From NCBI GenBank assembly GCA_965213925.1, contig OZ243927.1, positions 2,656,001 through 2,720,000 on the forward strand: a stretch of DNA of 64,000 nt. The letters run 5' to 3'. Below are positions 1-10,612 of this stretch, one piece after another. A model generated the notes under the pieces. It saw only the letters and a program-made list of their open reading frames with translations, ran no database searches and had not been told where the DNA came from. The stretch is from Trueperaceae bacterium. Its GTDB lineage: Bacteria; Deinococcota; Deinococci; Deinococcales; Trueperaceae. Positions within the stretch are counted from its first letter, which is position 1. The number at the start of each line of letters is the position of its first letter. The translations under genes and the position numbers were made by a program.

Positions 1-600
1 TTGGGTGTCCAGCGCCTTCATCGAGCGTAGCAGCGGGGTTTTCTCGTCCAGTATTTCGCCCGTCCAGGCGACGAACGCCGACGGAATCGTCAGCGTCAAG
101 CCGTTAGGGTTCTCGGCGAGGTACGCAGGACTCGTCACGTCCCACGCGGTATAGCCCCGCGCCTCGTGCGTCTGCCGGAGACCGCCCGAGGGGAAGCTCG
201 AGCCGTCCGGCTCCTGCTGCATCAAGGTCTCCCCGGAAAACTCCGAAAGCGCCCCGCCTTCTGAAGTCGGCGAGAAGAAGCTGTCGTTTTTCTCAGCGGT
301 TAGCCCCGTCAGCGGATAGAAGATATGCCCGTAGTGCGTCGCGCCCTTCTCAATCGCCCACGCCTTCATTGCCGAGGCGATGGCGTCAGCGGTGGACACA
401 TCCAGCGCTTGACCCTCCTGAATGGTCTTCTGCAATGACTTATAAACGTGTGAGGGCAAGCGCTCTTTCATCACCGACAAGCTGAAGACGTTGCTGGCGA
501 AGAGGTCGCCCGTCGGCTTAGCGACGTAGTCGATAGATTCCGGCAGTGTGTAAGTGATGGTGTCGGCGACGGCTCTCGTGCGTACAGCGTTTCCGCTCAT
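1..600 (-). CDS. glnN: Glutamine synthetase type III, N-terminal part (runs off window)
   Basis: Manual translation from ATG at 600: [10 protein letters not shown]...FASNVFS...[28 protein letters not shown]...[27 protein letters not shown], characteristic of GSIII. Confidence 0.9.
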   Translation of the reverse strand, partial: MSGNAVRTRAVADTITYTLPESIDYVAKPTGDLFASNVFSLSVMKERLPSHVYKSLQKTIQEGQALDVSTADAIASAMKAWAIEKGATHYGHIFYPLTGLTAEKNDSFFSPTSEGGALSEFSGETLMQQEPDGSSFPSGGLRQTHEARGYTAWDVTSPAYLAENPNGLTLTIPSAFVAWTGEILDEKTPLLRSMKALDTQ

Positions 601-925
601 AGGGTGATTCCTTTCGTCGTTCATGTTGTGTTCGTGTGTTGGGTTGGTATGCTGGCGGATGCTCGAGTCATCCTTCAACTCGTAGAGCATAACACTACTG
701 TTTGCTAAGATGCGAGGGAACATAGTTATCAATACACGTCTTTTTGTGCAATGCGTTTATGAAAATTTGTTCTTTTTGCCAGCGCAAAGCGAACAATTTT
801 GACTACAAGAGGATGAGTTGGATAAGTAGTTTTGCAGTGCAGTAGAGTAAGAGGTCATACGGTTGCAGTTAGGTGCAGGGAGACATAGGGGTAGATAAGG
901 TAGAGACAGCGTTACACTAAAGCCG

Positions 926-2092
926 ATGCTACGCGCTAACCCAACCCCTCGAGCCACCAACTCTAAACTCGATCAAACCGACCCGCAAATCAACTTGGGA
1001 CTCGGTCATCCGAGCGACGACCTCTTGCCCACCGACCTCTTGAGGCGAGTTGCCGAGGTTCGTCTGGCTGAGAGTGCAACACCTTTGTTACAGTACGGCT
1101 CAGGGCAGGGGAATGCTGACTTTCTAGGGGCGTTAGGGGATTTTCTAGCGGACGCGCACGGCGTATCTATTTCACCCGAACACCTGCTCGTCACCAACGG
1201 CGCGTCGCAAGCCTTGGACCTCATCTGCACCGTTCTCACCCAACCTGGCGACACCGTTTTTGTCGGGGAGCCGAGCTACTTCTTGGCGCTTGGCATCTTC
1301 GCAGAGCACGGGCTGAACGTTGTGAGCATTCCTGTTGACAGTGAAGGCGTTCAGACTGCCGCGTTAGAAGAAGCGCTCGCCCAACACGCGCCCGTGTTCT
1401 TCTACACTATCCCGACCTTTCAAAACCCGAGCGGCGTCACGCTCAGTGCGTCGCGGCGGGAGAGGTTGCTCGAGCTAAGCCGCGCCTATAATTTTTTTAT
1501 CATCGCCGACGAGGTCTATCAGCTTCTCAACTTTGCAGCGGAGAGACCCGCACTGCTCGCCACCTTAGCGGAGGATGTAGCGGAAGACGCGAAGGTATTC
1601 TCCCTCGGCTCCTTCTCCAAAATCCTCGCGCCGGGGTTACGCTTAGGTTGGATACAGGCGTCGGAAGCGGTGCTCGAACCTCTTATTCACAGCGGACTCT
1701 TGACGAGCGGCGGCGGGCTCAACCCCTTCACGTCAGGTCTGGTGCGCGTCATCTTGGAAAGAGGTTGGCAAGCCGAGCATCTGGACAGCTTGAGAGAGGT
1801 TTACAGAGGACGCGCAAACGTGCTTGTGAGCGCGTTGCGCGAGCATATTCCTGAGGCTCAATTCGACATTCCCGAAGGAGGATACTTCGTGTGGGTGAGG
1901 CTCGAGGATACAGACACCAACCTCTTACATAAAGAAGCCGAGCGTCACGGGGTTTCGTTTCAGGCGGGAGAGCGGTTCTCGAGCCAAAACAGCCTACAAA
2001 ATGCTCTGCGCCTCAGCTTTTCGCACTACAGCCCTGATGCGATTCGCGAAGGCGTCGGGCGTCTCCGCGCCGCGTTGGACGCGCTAAGCTGA
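926..2092 (+). CDS. PLP-dependent aminotransferase class I/II (ARO8/LysN-like)
   Basis: FQNPSG, DEVY, GSFSKILAPGLRLGW motifs. Confidence 0.9.
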   Translation: MLRANPTPRATNSKLDQTDPQINLGLGHPSDDLLPTDLLRRVAEVRLAESATPLLQYGSGQGNADFLGALGDFLADAHGVSISPEHLLVTNGASQALDLICTVLTQPGDTVFVGEPSYFLALGIFAEHGLNVVSIPVDSEGVQTAALEEALAQHAPVFFYTIPTFQNPSGVTLSASRRERLLELSRAYNFFIIADEVYQLLNFAAERPALLATLAEDVAEDAKVFSLGSFSKILAPGLRLGWIQASEAVLEPLIHSGLLTSGGGLNPFTSGLVRVILERGWQAEHLDSLREVYRGRANVLVSALREHIPEAQFDIPEGGYFVWVRLEDTDTNLLHKEAERHGVSFQAGERFSSQNSLQNALRLSFSHYSPDAIREGVGRLRAALDALS

Positions 2093-2096
2093 CCTC

Positions 2097-2210
2097 ATGG
2101 AACGCGCCTCGGCTGACCAATGGTATCGCCTCGAGTCCAAAAGCGACGGCGTCACCTTGATTGAAGAGCCCTTCATTAAGCCGTTCTACCGCTGCAACAT
2201 CTGGCACGTT
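2097..2210 (+). pseudogene. N-terminal fragment of an MBL-fold metallo-hydrolase, cut at a junction
   Basis: WYRLESKSDGVTLIEEPFIKPFYRCNIWHV resembles the start of an MBL-fold family; the sequence then becomes the antisense of the ABC ATPase. Confidence 0.65.
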
Positions 2211-2912
2211 GCGGGCGAAGCGCGTCGCGGGTTCCAGGTAGAGGCGTTTCGGCGCACCTACGTCTTCGACTTTGCCCGCGTTCATCAATACGACGAGGTC
2301 CGCTAAGCTCAGCGCCTCTTCCTGGTCGTGCGTCACGTGGATGAAGGTCGTGCCAACGCGCGTTTGAATGGTGATGAGTTCGCGCTGCATCTGCTTGCGC
2401 AAGTTGAGGTCGAGTGCGCCCAGCGGCTCGTCTAAGAGGAGGACTTGGGGCTCGGTCACGAGGCTCCGCGCCAGCGCGACGCGCTGCTTTTGTCCGCCGG
2501 AGAGTTCGTGGACGCTGCGCTTGCCGAACCCCGCTAAGCCGACCAGCTCCAGCATGTCCGCCGTCCGCTCTCTACGTTCCGCCTTAGCGATACCCTGCAT
2601 GGCGAGCCCAAAGGCGACGTTGTTCATCACGTTCATGTGCGGAAAGAGCGCGTAGTCTTGAAAGACAGTAGCGGTAGGACGCTCAGCAGGTGGGAGGTGC
2701 AGCACGCTCTCGCCGCCGATGCGCACCTCACCGGAGGTGGGTCCTAAAAAGCCTCCCAGGATATTGAGTAGCGTCGTCTTACCGCTCCCGGACGGACCGA
2801 GGAGCACCACGAAGCTGCCAGCGGGAAACTCTAAGGTGATGTCCTCCAATGCCACCGTCTCCCCGAAGCGCTTGTGCACGCCGCGAATCTCCACCCCGGC
2901 GCTGCTATTCAC
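2211..2912 (-). CDS. Polyamine-type ABC transporter ATPase (PotA-like), 3'-truncated
   Basis: GPSGSGKT, LSGGQKQR, LLLDEP; homology ends at EPATRFA and the C-terminal TOBE region is absent. Confidence 0.85.
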
Positions 2913-3693
2913 GTGCCCCCCGCCGACTCAGGATGACCCCTTCCGCGAGGACGAGGAGCAGGATGGACACCCCGAACACGACGCTACCCACCGCGTTCGT
3001 CTTGGGGCTCAGCCCGCTCCGCAATAGGCTCCAGATTTCCACGGGCAACGTCACGTCGAAGCGGCTCAGCAAGAAGGCGATGATGAATTCGTCCCAGGAG
3101 AGGGTGAAGGAGAGGAAGTACGCGGCGAAGAGGGCGGGCCACACCAGCGGCACGGTGATGCGGGCTAAAACGCGCCACTCGCTCGCCCCGAGGTCACGCG
3201 CCGCTCGCTCTAGCCGCGCCTGCTGCTCCCCTAACTGAGAATAGAGAATCGCAAAACAGAGCGGCATATTGATAACCACGTGCCCCGCGCCCACCCCCCA
3301 AAGTGATTTGCCGAGACCGAGCGCGTTGAAGGTAATGAGGAGCCCCATCCCGATGATGAGGTAGCTGACGCTGAGAGGTGCGGTCAGGAGCCAGCGCCAG
3401 GCGTCGGCGAAGGGTAGCGTGGCGCGGGCGAGCGCGTAAGCCGCCAAGAATCCGAGCGCGAGCGCGACGAGCGAGGAGAGCAAGGCAACCGAGAGCGAGT
3501 TGCCGAGCGCCGTCATGAGGCGTCGGTCCGCGAAGACCTCTTCGTACCAGCGCAAGGAGGGTCCGTCGAAGGGGGGCATGGGGAGGCTCGAGCCCTGCAA
3601 CGAGAAGAGCACGAGCGACGCGACAGGCAAGAAGATAAAGCCGTACACGAGCAGGACGTAGCCAGCGGTAGAAAGCCGACGCACCCCTCTCAT
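2905..3693 (-). CDS. ABC transporter permease (PotC-like)
   Basis: Hydrophobic; ERAARDLGA loop, SWDEF, TLPVEI. Confidence 0.9.
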   Translation of the reverse strand: MRGVRRLSTAGYVLLVYGFIFLPVASLVLFSLQGSSLPMPPFDGPSLRWYEEVFADRRLMTALGNSLSVALLSSLVALALGFLAAYALARATLPFADAWRWLLTAPLSVSYLIIGMGLLITFNALGLGKSLWGVGAGHVVINMPLCFAILYSQLGEQQARLERAARDLGASEWRVLARITVPLVWPALFAAYFLSFTLSWDEFIIAFLLSRFDVTLPVEIWSLLRSGLSPKTNAVGSVVFGVSILLLVLAEGVILSRRGARE

Positions 3694-3694
3694 C

Positions 3695-4546
3695 CTAGAC
3701 GCGCTCCAGACGCAAGTACCGCGCCGACAGCAGAAATACCAAGCTGATGACCACCATCAGAACGAGCGCCAGCGCCGACGCCACCGGAAAGTTCGCCTGC
3801 CGCCCGATCTGCAACATGATGACCTGCGGCAGCAGCAACTCTTGATTGCCGCCCAAGATCTGCGGCGTGATGTAGTCGCCGATGCAGAGCACGAAGGTCA
3901 AAAATGCGCCCGTCGCCACGCCCGGCACGCTGAGAGGCAGCGTCACGCGCCAGAAGGTTTGAAGCTGCGACGCGCCCAAGTCCGCTGCTGCTTTGGCGTA
4001 ACTTTTAGGAATCTGCACGAGGTTGGCGAAGATGGTGAGCGTGAGGAGCATCGTGAAGAAGTGGACGAAGCCGATGACGGTCCCCGTGCGACTGTTGACG
4101 AACGAGGTCGGCTCGCTCAGGAGCCCTAGTGCCTGCAAGGTGTTGCTCACGACGCCGTTGGAGGAGAGCACCAGCAGCCAACTGTAGGAGCGCACCACGT
4201 ACGAGGTCCAGAAGGGCAAAATCGCCAAGCTGAGCGCCAGCCGCTGCCACCGCGCCGGCGTGTGGTACGCCAGGATATAAGCGAGCGGGTAGGCTAAGAG
4301 CACACTGATAACCGTGACGAGCACCGTAACCTCGAGCGAATTGAAGAGCGCCTGCCAAAAGGTGCTCCTGGTAAAGAAGTCAACGTAGTTCTCGAGTGAA
4401 AAGGCGCGAACGGTCTCCATGCCGACGCGCTGCCAGAAGCTGTACACCGTCATGATGATGAGCGGCACGACAAAGAAGGCGAGCGTCCACAAGAGACCGG
4501 GGAGGAGCAGCGCCCAGGCGCGAAACCGAGCTTTAGACCGCATCAC
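3695..4546 (-). CDS. ABC transporter permease (PotB-like)
   Basis: ILPFWTSYVVRSYSW, AAADLGA, GDYITPQILGG. Confidence 0.9.
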   Translation of the reverse strand: MMRSKARFRAWALLLPGLLWTLAFFVVPLIIMTVYSFWQRVGMETVRAFSLENYVDFFTRSTFWQALFNSLEVTVLVTVISVLLAYPLAYILAYHTPARWQRLALSLAILPFWTSYVVRSYSWLLVLSSNGVVSNTLQALGLLSEPTSFVNSRTGTVIGFVHFFTMLLTLTIFANLVQIPKSYAKAAADLGASQLQTFWRVTLPLSVPGVATGAFLTFVLCIGDYITPQILGGNQELLLPQVIMLQIGRQANFPVASALALVLMVVISLVFLLSARYLRLERV

Positions 4547-4677
4547 AAGGTGCGGGGAGCAGGTCGTGAGCGAGAGACCTGAAGGGGTTGGTTAGACGTA
4601 GCAGATGAGGGCGTTTTGGATTCTTTCTGACTCCTATCTTCCTCGAGTCGCCCTGCTCCTGACCTATATGCCAACCT

Positions 4678-4737
4678 CACCGCAAATCCCGACACCACGA
4701 ATCTCAACACCACAAATTCCAGCACTGCGAACCTAAC
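4678..4737. repeat. Four imperfect 15-bp tandem units
   Basis: CACCGCAAATCCCGA / CACCACGAATCTCAA / CACCACAAATTCCAG / CACTGCGAACCTAAC directly downstream of the SBP gene. Confidence 0.5.
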
Positions 4738-5776
4738 GCTGTAAGAACTCGGTCCACGCCTCGAGCATCAGCGCGTCGAGTTCGGGGTTGGGGATGTAGT
4801 ACGGGTAGGAGTTGGCGAGAAAGTCGGGCTGCTCGTCCCAGCGGAGGACGCGCTTTTGCTCGTCGGTCAAGGCGGCTTGGCTGTTGGCGGGCATCGCCCA
4901 GTAGCATGAGGAGGTGGCGAGCCTAGCTTGACCTTCCGGGCTGACGATGTACTTGACAAACTCGGTGGCGAGGTCTCTCTTTTCGCTGTCGGCAAAGACG
5001 CCGATGGCTTGCTGCCACCTGACGCCGCCCGCGTCGGGCAGAATCCACTCGAGCGCCGGGTTCTCCGCTTGTAACCCCGCCGTGACGTACTCCCCGCCGC
5101 CCACGATGATGTCCACCTCGCCCGTCGCGAGCGCGGTCTGCACGCTCACCACGTCACCGATCAAAGCGGTGTTCTCCTTGAGTTCGAAGAGTTTCTCTTT
5201 AATCTGCGGCAAATTCTCCGCCGTGACCTCATCTGGCGTGAGCCCCATGCTGATGGCGACGAGTTCGATTAGGGGCACGTAGTAGTCGTAGACCGCGAGC
5301 CTGCCCGCATACGTCTCGTCCCAGAGCGCGCCTATGTCACGCATCGTCTCGGCGCTCACTGCGTCGCTGTCGAAGGAGACGGTGTTGTAGCCGAACTTTT
5401 CAGGCACCGCGTAGAGCGTGCCGTCCTGGGAGTGCAAATCTTCCATCCGAACTTCCTCGAAGAAGTCGTCCCAAGGGAAGTCCGCTTTCTCGAGGGGCGC
5501 TAAGATACCCGCTTGCGCGACGCGCGGCACGTCCACGCTGTCCACCACAAACACGTCCCAGTCGCCGGGGCGCGACTGCTCGATCAAGGAGAGCGCCGTG
5601 CCCGTCCCCTCGTAGTCGCGCACGTTCACGCGCACGCCAAATTCCTCTTCGAAGGGTCGCAGCAACTCGGGGTCCGTGTGATCACACCAGACGAGCGCGT
5701 TAAGTTCCTCTTGGGCGCTCGCTAGTCCTGCGGTGAGCAGCAAGCTCAACACTAGGGTCGTGAGGGTCGGTTTCAT
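4733..5776 (-). CDS. Polyamine ABC transporter substrate-binding protein (PotD-like)
   Basis: Signal peptide MKPTLTTLVL..ASA after GAGGAGG RBS; PFEEEFGVRVNV, WDVFVVD; operon context. Confidence 0.85.
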   Translation of the reverse strand: MKPTLTTLVLSLLLTAGLASAQEELNALVWCDHTDPELLRPFEEEFGVRVNVRDYEGTGTALSLIEQSRPGDWDVFVVDSVDVPRVAQAGILAPLEKADFPWDDFFEEVRMEDLHSQDGTLYAVPEKFGYNTVSFDSDAVSAETMRDIGALWDETYAGRLAVYDYYVPLIELVAISMGLTPDEVTAENLPQIKEKLFELKENTALIGDVVSVQTALATGEVDIIVGGGEYVTAGLQAENPALEWILPDAGGVRWQQAIGVFADSEKRDLATEFVKYIVSPEGQARLATSSCYWAMPANSQAALTDEQKRVLRWDEQPDFLANSYPYYIPNPELDALMLEAWTEFLQR

Positions 5777-5971
5777 GATGTGCCTCCTCAATTCGCGGTG
5801 CAACGCACAAACGTACACTTGAGTTGTCCGATGAATGATTCGACTAAAAAATTCTGAGAGCGAATTCAACCTTGGATGGGCTGTTCCCATAGACTATTGC
5901 AAAATTTGCATTTTTTGTCAACTCGATTGACATTTTTGCAATTCATAGCGTACATTGAGGCGTGGTTCACG

Positions 5972-6517
5972 ATGTCTGAGACCAACGGTACGAACGCCGC
6001 GACGCCCGATGCGGCTCTGGACGCGCTCGACATGGCGATTTTGAGCCAGCTTCAAGAGGACGGACGGCGCAGCTTGACCGAAATGGCGGAGGCGTTGGGC
6101 GTGTCGGTAGGGACGGTTCGCAACCGCATGAGCAGGCTCATCGCGGATAAGACGTTGCACGTGATCGGCAGGACGGACCCGCACCGCGTCGGCTTTCGTG
6201 CGCCCGCAACTGTGCACGTGTCGGTGCGCCCGGCGAGCTTGATTGAAAGCGTCGCCGACGCCATCGCTGCCTTCCCCGAGGCGAGCTACGTCGCGTCGAT
6301 TTCAGGCGAGTTCGACCTCGAGGTAGACCTCATGTGCCGCGACACGCCGCACCTGAGTGACCTCATCACGCACCGTTTGCACAAGTTAGAGGGCGTGGTC
6401 AACACGAAGACCAATATGATCTTGCGCGTCGTCAAATATGGTCAACCGGATTTGGGACTGCTCGAGCCTCCACAATCTCCACGCCCTCAAGCGCCGCAAG
6501 AGGTCAACCATGAATAG
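5972..6517 (+). CDS. Lrp/AsnC family transcriptional regulator
   Basis: LDALDMAILSQLQEDGRRSLTEMAEALGVSVGTVRNR HTH plus AsnC ligand domain (SGEFDL). Confidence 0.9.
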   Translation: MSETNGTNAATPDAALDALDMAILSQLQEDGRRSLTEMAEALGVSVGTVRNRMSRLIADKTLHVIGRTDPHRVGFRAPATVHVSVRPASLIESVADAIAAFPEASYVASISGEFDLEVDLMCRDTPHLSDLITHRLHKLEGVVNTKTNMILRVVKYGQPDLGLLEPPQSPRPQAPQEVNHE

Positions 6518-6537
6518 GCAACTATGAGTAGACAAAC

Positions 6538-7491
6538 ATGAGTAAAGGTCACGGACCTCTCGACGCTATGACCTACCCGCGCTTCGAAGGCGTGCGCACC
6601 TTTATGCGCCTTCCCTTCACTACGGACCTCTCCAACGCTGACATCTGCGTCGTCGGCGTGCCGTTCGACACGGGCGGGACGTACCGCGTCGGCGCACGTT
6701 TCGGTCCGTCGGGGATTCGCCAGGAGTCTATGCTCTTACGTCCGTACAATCCCGCGCTGGACGTGAACCTCTTCGATCACCTCTCCGGTGTGGACTACGG
6801 CGATTTACCCATCACGCCCGGCTACCTACCCGAGTCGCACGCGCAGATTACTGAAGGGGCGAAAGAGGTCATAACAAAGGGTTGCGTCCCCTTCTTCATG
6901 GGCGGCGACCACTCCGTCTCACTACCTCTTTTGCGGGCAGTGGCGAGCCAACACGGTCCCGTCGCGCTCGTCCACTTCGATGCGCACAGCGACCTCTGGG
7001 GCGGCTACTTCGGCGGGAAGGATACGCACGGCACACCCTTTCGCCGCGCGGTGGAAGAGGGGCTTTTGGACACGGAGCGCTCGAGTCAAGTCGGCTTGCG
7101 CGGTTCCCTATATGGTCCAGACGATGTGAGCATCTCCGAAGCGTTGGGCTTCCAGATGATTTCCGGTCCCGAGTTGCACGAGATTGGCGTCGAGGAGACC
7201 TTAAAACGCATTCACGAACGCATCGGCGAGGGTCCCGCCTATCTGAGTTTCGATATCGACTTTGTGGACCCGACCTTTGCGCCCGGTACAGGCACGCCCG
7301 AGGTGGGCGGCTTTACGAGTGCGCAGTGCCAAGCCTTGCTGCGCGGGCTCGTCGGCATCAACTTTGTTGCTTACGATTTGGTTGAGGTGATGCCCGCGTA
7401 CGATTCCGCTGCCACGACCTGTCTGCTCGCCGCCAACTTAATTTACGAAATGATGTCGCTCGAGGCGCTCAAACGCAAAAATAAGGGTTAA
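6538..7491 (+). CDS. speB: Agmatinase / ureohydrolase
   Basis: GGDHS, DAHSD, SFDIDFVDP, APGTGTPEVGG. Confidence 0.85.
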   Translation: MSKGHGPLDAMTYPRFEGVRTFMRLPFTTDLSNADICVVGVPFDTGGTYRVGARFGPSGIRQESMLLRPYNPALDVNLFDHLSGVDYGDLPITPGYLPESHAQITEGAKEVITKGCVPFFMGGDHSVSLPLLRAVASQHGPVALVHFDAHSDLWGGYFGGKDTHGTPFRRAVEEGLLDTERSSQVGLRGSLYGPDDVSISEALGFQMISGPELHEIGVEETLKRIHERIGEGPAYLSFDIDFVDPTFAPGTGTPEVGGFTSAQCQALLRGLVGINFVAYDLVEVMPAYDSAATTCLLAANLIYEMMSLEALKRKNKG

Positions 7492-7511
7492 ACCGCTCTA
7501 AGGAGGCAAAT

Positions 7512-8570
7512 ATGAAGCGTGTTATCAAGATAGTAAGTGTGCTCGTTCTCATCGGTATGGTGCTGCAAGTCGGCTTCGCCCAAGACCGCAGCCTCAAAAT
7601 CGGTGTCTACGGCGGCTACTTCAAGGAAGCCTTCGACGAACACATCTTCCCGCGCTTCACAGAAGAAACAGGCATCGAGGTCGAGTCCATCGCGGAGCCC
7701 ACGGGTGAGGCTTGGGTGGTGCAGTTAGAGACCGCTGCCAGAGCCGGACAAGCCCCCGCCGACGTTTCCATGATGTCACAAGTATCGCTCTTGCGCGGGA
7801 TGAACGGGGGTTTGTGGGCGACTTTGGACGAGAGCGCGATCTCGAACCTCGAGAACGTCCGCCCACCGCTTCAAAACCGCGATAGTGAAGGCAACCTCGT
7901 CGGCGTCGGTGCGGTCTCTTGGTACATCACGCTCGTGACGAATACCGAGACTTATCCCGACGCGCCGACCTCCTGGGAAACGCTTTGGGACTCCGCTAAC
8001 GAGAATCAACTCGGACTCTTGGCGCTCGCCTCGAACTCGTTTCTGCTAGAAGTCACCGCCGAGACCTTTTTCGACGGCGTCGAAATCTTAGAGACCGAAG
8101 AGGGTTTGAATCAGGTGCTCGATAAACTCGCGGAGGTCAAGCCCAACGTGCAGCTCTGGTACAGAGACGAGGGGCAGTTCCAACAGGCGTTGCAGTCCGG
8201 TGAGATACCGATGGGGCAGTATTATCATGACGTGACGGGTTTAGCGGCGGCGGACGGCTTCCCGGTACGCAGCACCTTTCCGCAAGAGGGCGCGATTTTA
8301 GACTCCGGCTCGTGGGCGGTGAGCCGCGCGTCGGACAAGCTCACTGAATCGCTAGAATTCATCAACTGGTTCAGCCAGCCCGAGATTCAAGACCTCGTGG
8401 CGCGGCAAGTCGGCACAGCGCCCACGGTTGTACGCGACGTGCTCTCGCTCAGCGACGAGGAGTTTGCGGCGGTCTCGAGCGACATAGAGCCTATTATCCC
8501 TATGTACAGCCTCTACTTGGAGCGCGGCGACGAAATCAGCCAGATGTGGAGCGAGCGGATTACAAGGTAG
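7512..8570 (+). CDS. ABC transporter substrate-binding protein (polyamine family)
   Basis: Signal peptide, YGGYFKEAF..FTEETGIEV; AGGAGG RBS. Confidence 0.85.
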   Translation: MKRVIKIVSVLVLIGMVLQVGFAQDRSLKIGVYGGYFKEAFDEHIFPRFTEETGIEVESIAEPTGEAWVVQLETAARAGQAPADVSMMSQVSLLRGMNGGLWATLDESAISNLENVRPPLQNRDSEGNLVGVGAVSWYITLVTNTETYPDAPTSWETLWDSANENQLGLLALASNSFLLEVTAETFFDGVEILETEEGLNQVLDKLAEVKPNVQLWYRDEGQFQQALQSGEIPMGQYYHDVTGLAAADGFPVRSTFPQEGAILDSGSWAVSRASDKLTESLEFINWFSQPEIQDLVARQVGTAPTVVRDVLSLSDEEFAAVSSDIEPIIPMYSLYLERGDEISQMWSERITR

Positions 8571-8588
8571 GGAGTAGTGAGAGAAAAA

Positions 8589-8649
8589 GACTGAGGACTG
8601 AGGTTAAAAGTTTAGTCTTTACTTTTCTCTCAGTCCTCGGTCCTCAGTC
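8589..8649. repeat. Inverted heptamer repeats forming an intercistronic hairpin
   Basis: GACTGAG x2 (8589-8602) faces CTCAGTC-CTCGGTC-CTCAGTC (8629-8649). Confidence 0.65.
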
Positions 8650-8704
8650 CTTCAACCTCTCTTGTTATCAACTCATTGTTCATTGCTTTCCGAATCGAGG
8701 TGCA

Positions 8705-9751
8705 ATGGCAGACGCCCTAACCATTCAAAATATCTCCAAACGCTTCGGCTCCACCGTCGCCTTAGAGGACATCGACCTCACCCTGGAGGCGGGCAAGCTC
8801 ATCTGCTTTTTGGGTCCGTCGGGTTGCGGTAAGACGACGCTTCTAAGGCTGATTGCGGGACTAGACAAGCCGACTACAGGTGAGATTTTCTTAGGTGATA
8901 AGAACCTTACGACGGTAAGCCCGCACAAGCGCAACGTCGGAATGGTCTTTCAGTCCTTCGCGCTCTTTCCGCACCTCAACGTGGCTGAAAATATTGGTTA
9001 CGGGCTGCGCATTCGCGGGGTGGATAAGCAGGAACGGCGCAAGCGGGCAGATGAACTCTTAGACCTCGTTAAACTGCCGGGTTTGGGTGACAGACATGTC
9101 GCGAAGCTCTCCGGCGGGCAGCAGCAGCGCGTAGCGATGGCTCGAGCGCTCGCTTTGGAGCCGTCGCTTTTTCTCTTAGACGAACCTCTCTCGGCGCTAG
9201 ACGCGAAGCTCCGTGAGGCGATGCAGGTTGAGTTGAGGTTACTGCAAGAACGCTTAGGGATTACCACCATCATCGTCACGCACGACCAGCAAGAGGCGAT
9301 GACGTTGGCGGACATCATCGTGGTGATGGGGGATAACCGCGTGCAGCAGGTGGGGGAGCCGCTTACGATATACAACTGCCCCGTCAACACCTTCGTCGCG
9401 GACTTTATCGGTACGAACAACCTCTTGCCGGGCAAGGTGGCGGACGCGCAGCGCGTCGAAGCGTTGGGGCAAGCCTTTCGCGTCGAGATGCCGTCCGAAC
9501 TGAATAGAGGACAAGAGGTCAACCTCTCCATCCGCCCTGAGAAGGTCTGCCTCCACGAGGCTAGACCCGCAGAGACCCCTAACTGCTGCGAAGGTACGAT
9601 TACCTTCGTCCGCGATTTAGGCTCGGTGGTGGAAACGTATGTCTCCGTCCAGGACCGAGAGGTCATCGTGGTGGGTGCGCCGCGTCACCCTACCGACACA
9701 CCTGTGTGGCTCACCTTTCCGCCCGAGGACTGCGTGGTGCTGAGCGCGTGA
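8705..9751 (+). CDS. ABC transporter ATPase (PotA-like)
   Basis: GPSGCGKT, LSGGQQQR, LLDEP, C-terminal TOBE. Confidence 0.92.
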   Translation: MADALTIQNISKRFGSTVALEDIDLTLEAGKLICFLGPSGCGKTTLLRLIAGLDKPTTGEIFLGDKNLTTVSPHKRNVGMVFQSFALFPHLNVAENIGYGLRIRGVDKQERRKRADELLDLVKLPGLGDRHVAKLSGGQQQRVAMARALALEPSLFLLDEPLSALDAKLREAMQVELRLLQERLGITTIIVTHDQQEAMTLADIIVVMGDNRVQQVGEPLTIYNCPVNTFVADFIGTNNLLPGKVADAQRVEALGQAFRVEMPSELNRGQEVNLSIRPEKVCLHEARPAETPNCCEGTITFVRDLGSVVETYVSVQDREVIVVGAPRHPTDTPVWLTFPPEDCVVLSA

Positions 9752-10602
9752 ATCATCCCGACTACAAACGCCCCAACAGCGTGAGACCTCATCTGACGCT
9801 GCTCTATCCGGGGCTCATCATCGTGTTGCTCTTCGTCACGCCGCTCCTTATCATGAGCGCGGTCAGCTTTTTCAGGCGGCTACAAAATGCCTTTTTCGAG
9901 CCCGCGTTTGTGTTGGAGAATTACTCGAGGGCGTTGGGTCCCTTCTTTCTAAACATCATCGGCTTCTCGCTCTTCGTCGCGGCGTTGGCGGCGGGCGTGT
10001 GTCTCGCGGTCGGCTTTCCTTTTACCTACTTCTTGACTCGCTTACGCCGCAAGGCGCAAGTCCCGTACCTCGTGCTCGTCATCTCAGTGCTCTCCTTGTC
10101 CGAGGTCATCATCGCCTTTAGCTGGTCACTCCTGTTGTCGCGCACTTCGGGCGTCTCCAACCTCTTCGCCTGGCTCGGGCTTTTAGAGAGTCCGGTCTCT
10201 TGGTCCCCTGGCTTCGCGGCGATGCTCTTGGGGCTCATCTACATCGCGCTGCCCCTGAGCGTGCTCATCCTCTATCCGCCACTGTCCCGCCTGGAGCGTG
10301 ACCTCACCGAAGCGGCGACGACGCTAGGCGCGTCGCCCGTCGTCTCGTTCTTTACTATCGTCGTGCCGCTCTTACGGCAGGCGCTCGTGTCGGCGTTTAT
10401 CCTCGTCTTTATCTTTGTGCTGGGGAGCTACCTCATCCCGCAGGTGTTGGGGCGTCCTGAGCAGTGGACGCTGCCCGTGCACATCACCGACCAGGCGATT
10501 TTGCAGTCGAACCTTCCTTTGGCAGCGGCGCTCGCTATCGTGTTGCTCGTTGCGAGCGTGGGGCTTTCGCTGCTCTCGTTGCGTTTGGGGGCGCGTGAGT
10601 GA
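9748..10602 (+). CDS. ABC transporter permease
   Basis: Hydrophobic, EAATTLGA; GTG start overlaps upstream stop. Confidence 0.88.
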   Translation: MNHPDYKRPNSVRPHLTLLYPGLIIVLLFVTPLLIMSAVSFFRRLQNAFFEPAFVLENYSRALGPFFLNIIGFSLFVAALAAGVCLAVGFPFTYFLTRLRRKAQVPYLVLVISVLSLSEVIIAFSWSLLLSRTSGVSNLFAWLGLLESPVSWSPGFAAMLLGLIYIALPLSVLILYPPLSRLERDLTEAATTLGASPVVSFFTIVVPLLRQALVSAFILVFIFVLGSYLIPQVLGRPEQWTLPVHITDQAILQSNLPLAAALAIVLLVASVGLSLLSLRLGARE

Positions 10603-10612
10603 TGAGGTCAAT

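Noticed and set aside
741..756. TTGTGCAA upstream of glnN as an arm
   Set aside because: No core or second arm; likely chance.
2013..2306. Overlapping full-length ORFs 2013-2912 and 2097-2306
   Set aside because: Their tails are read-through across junction 1, not real coding overlap.
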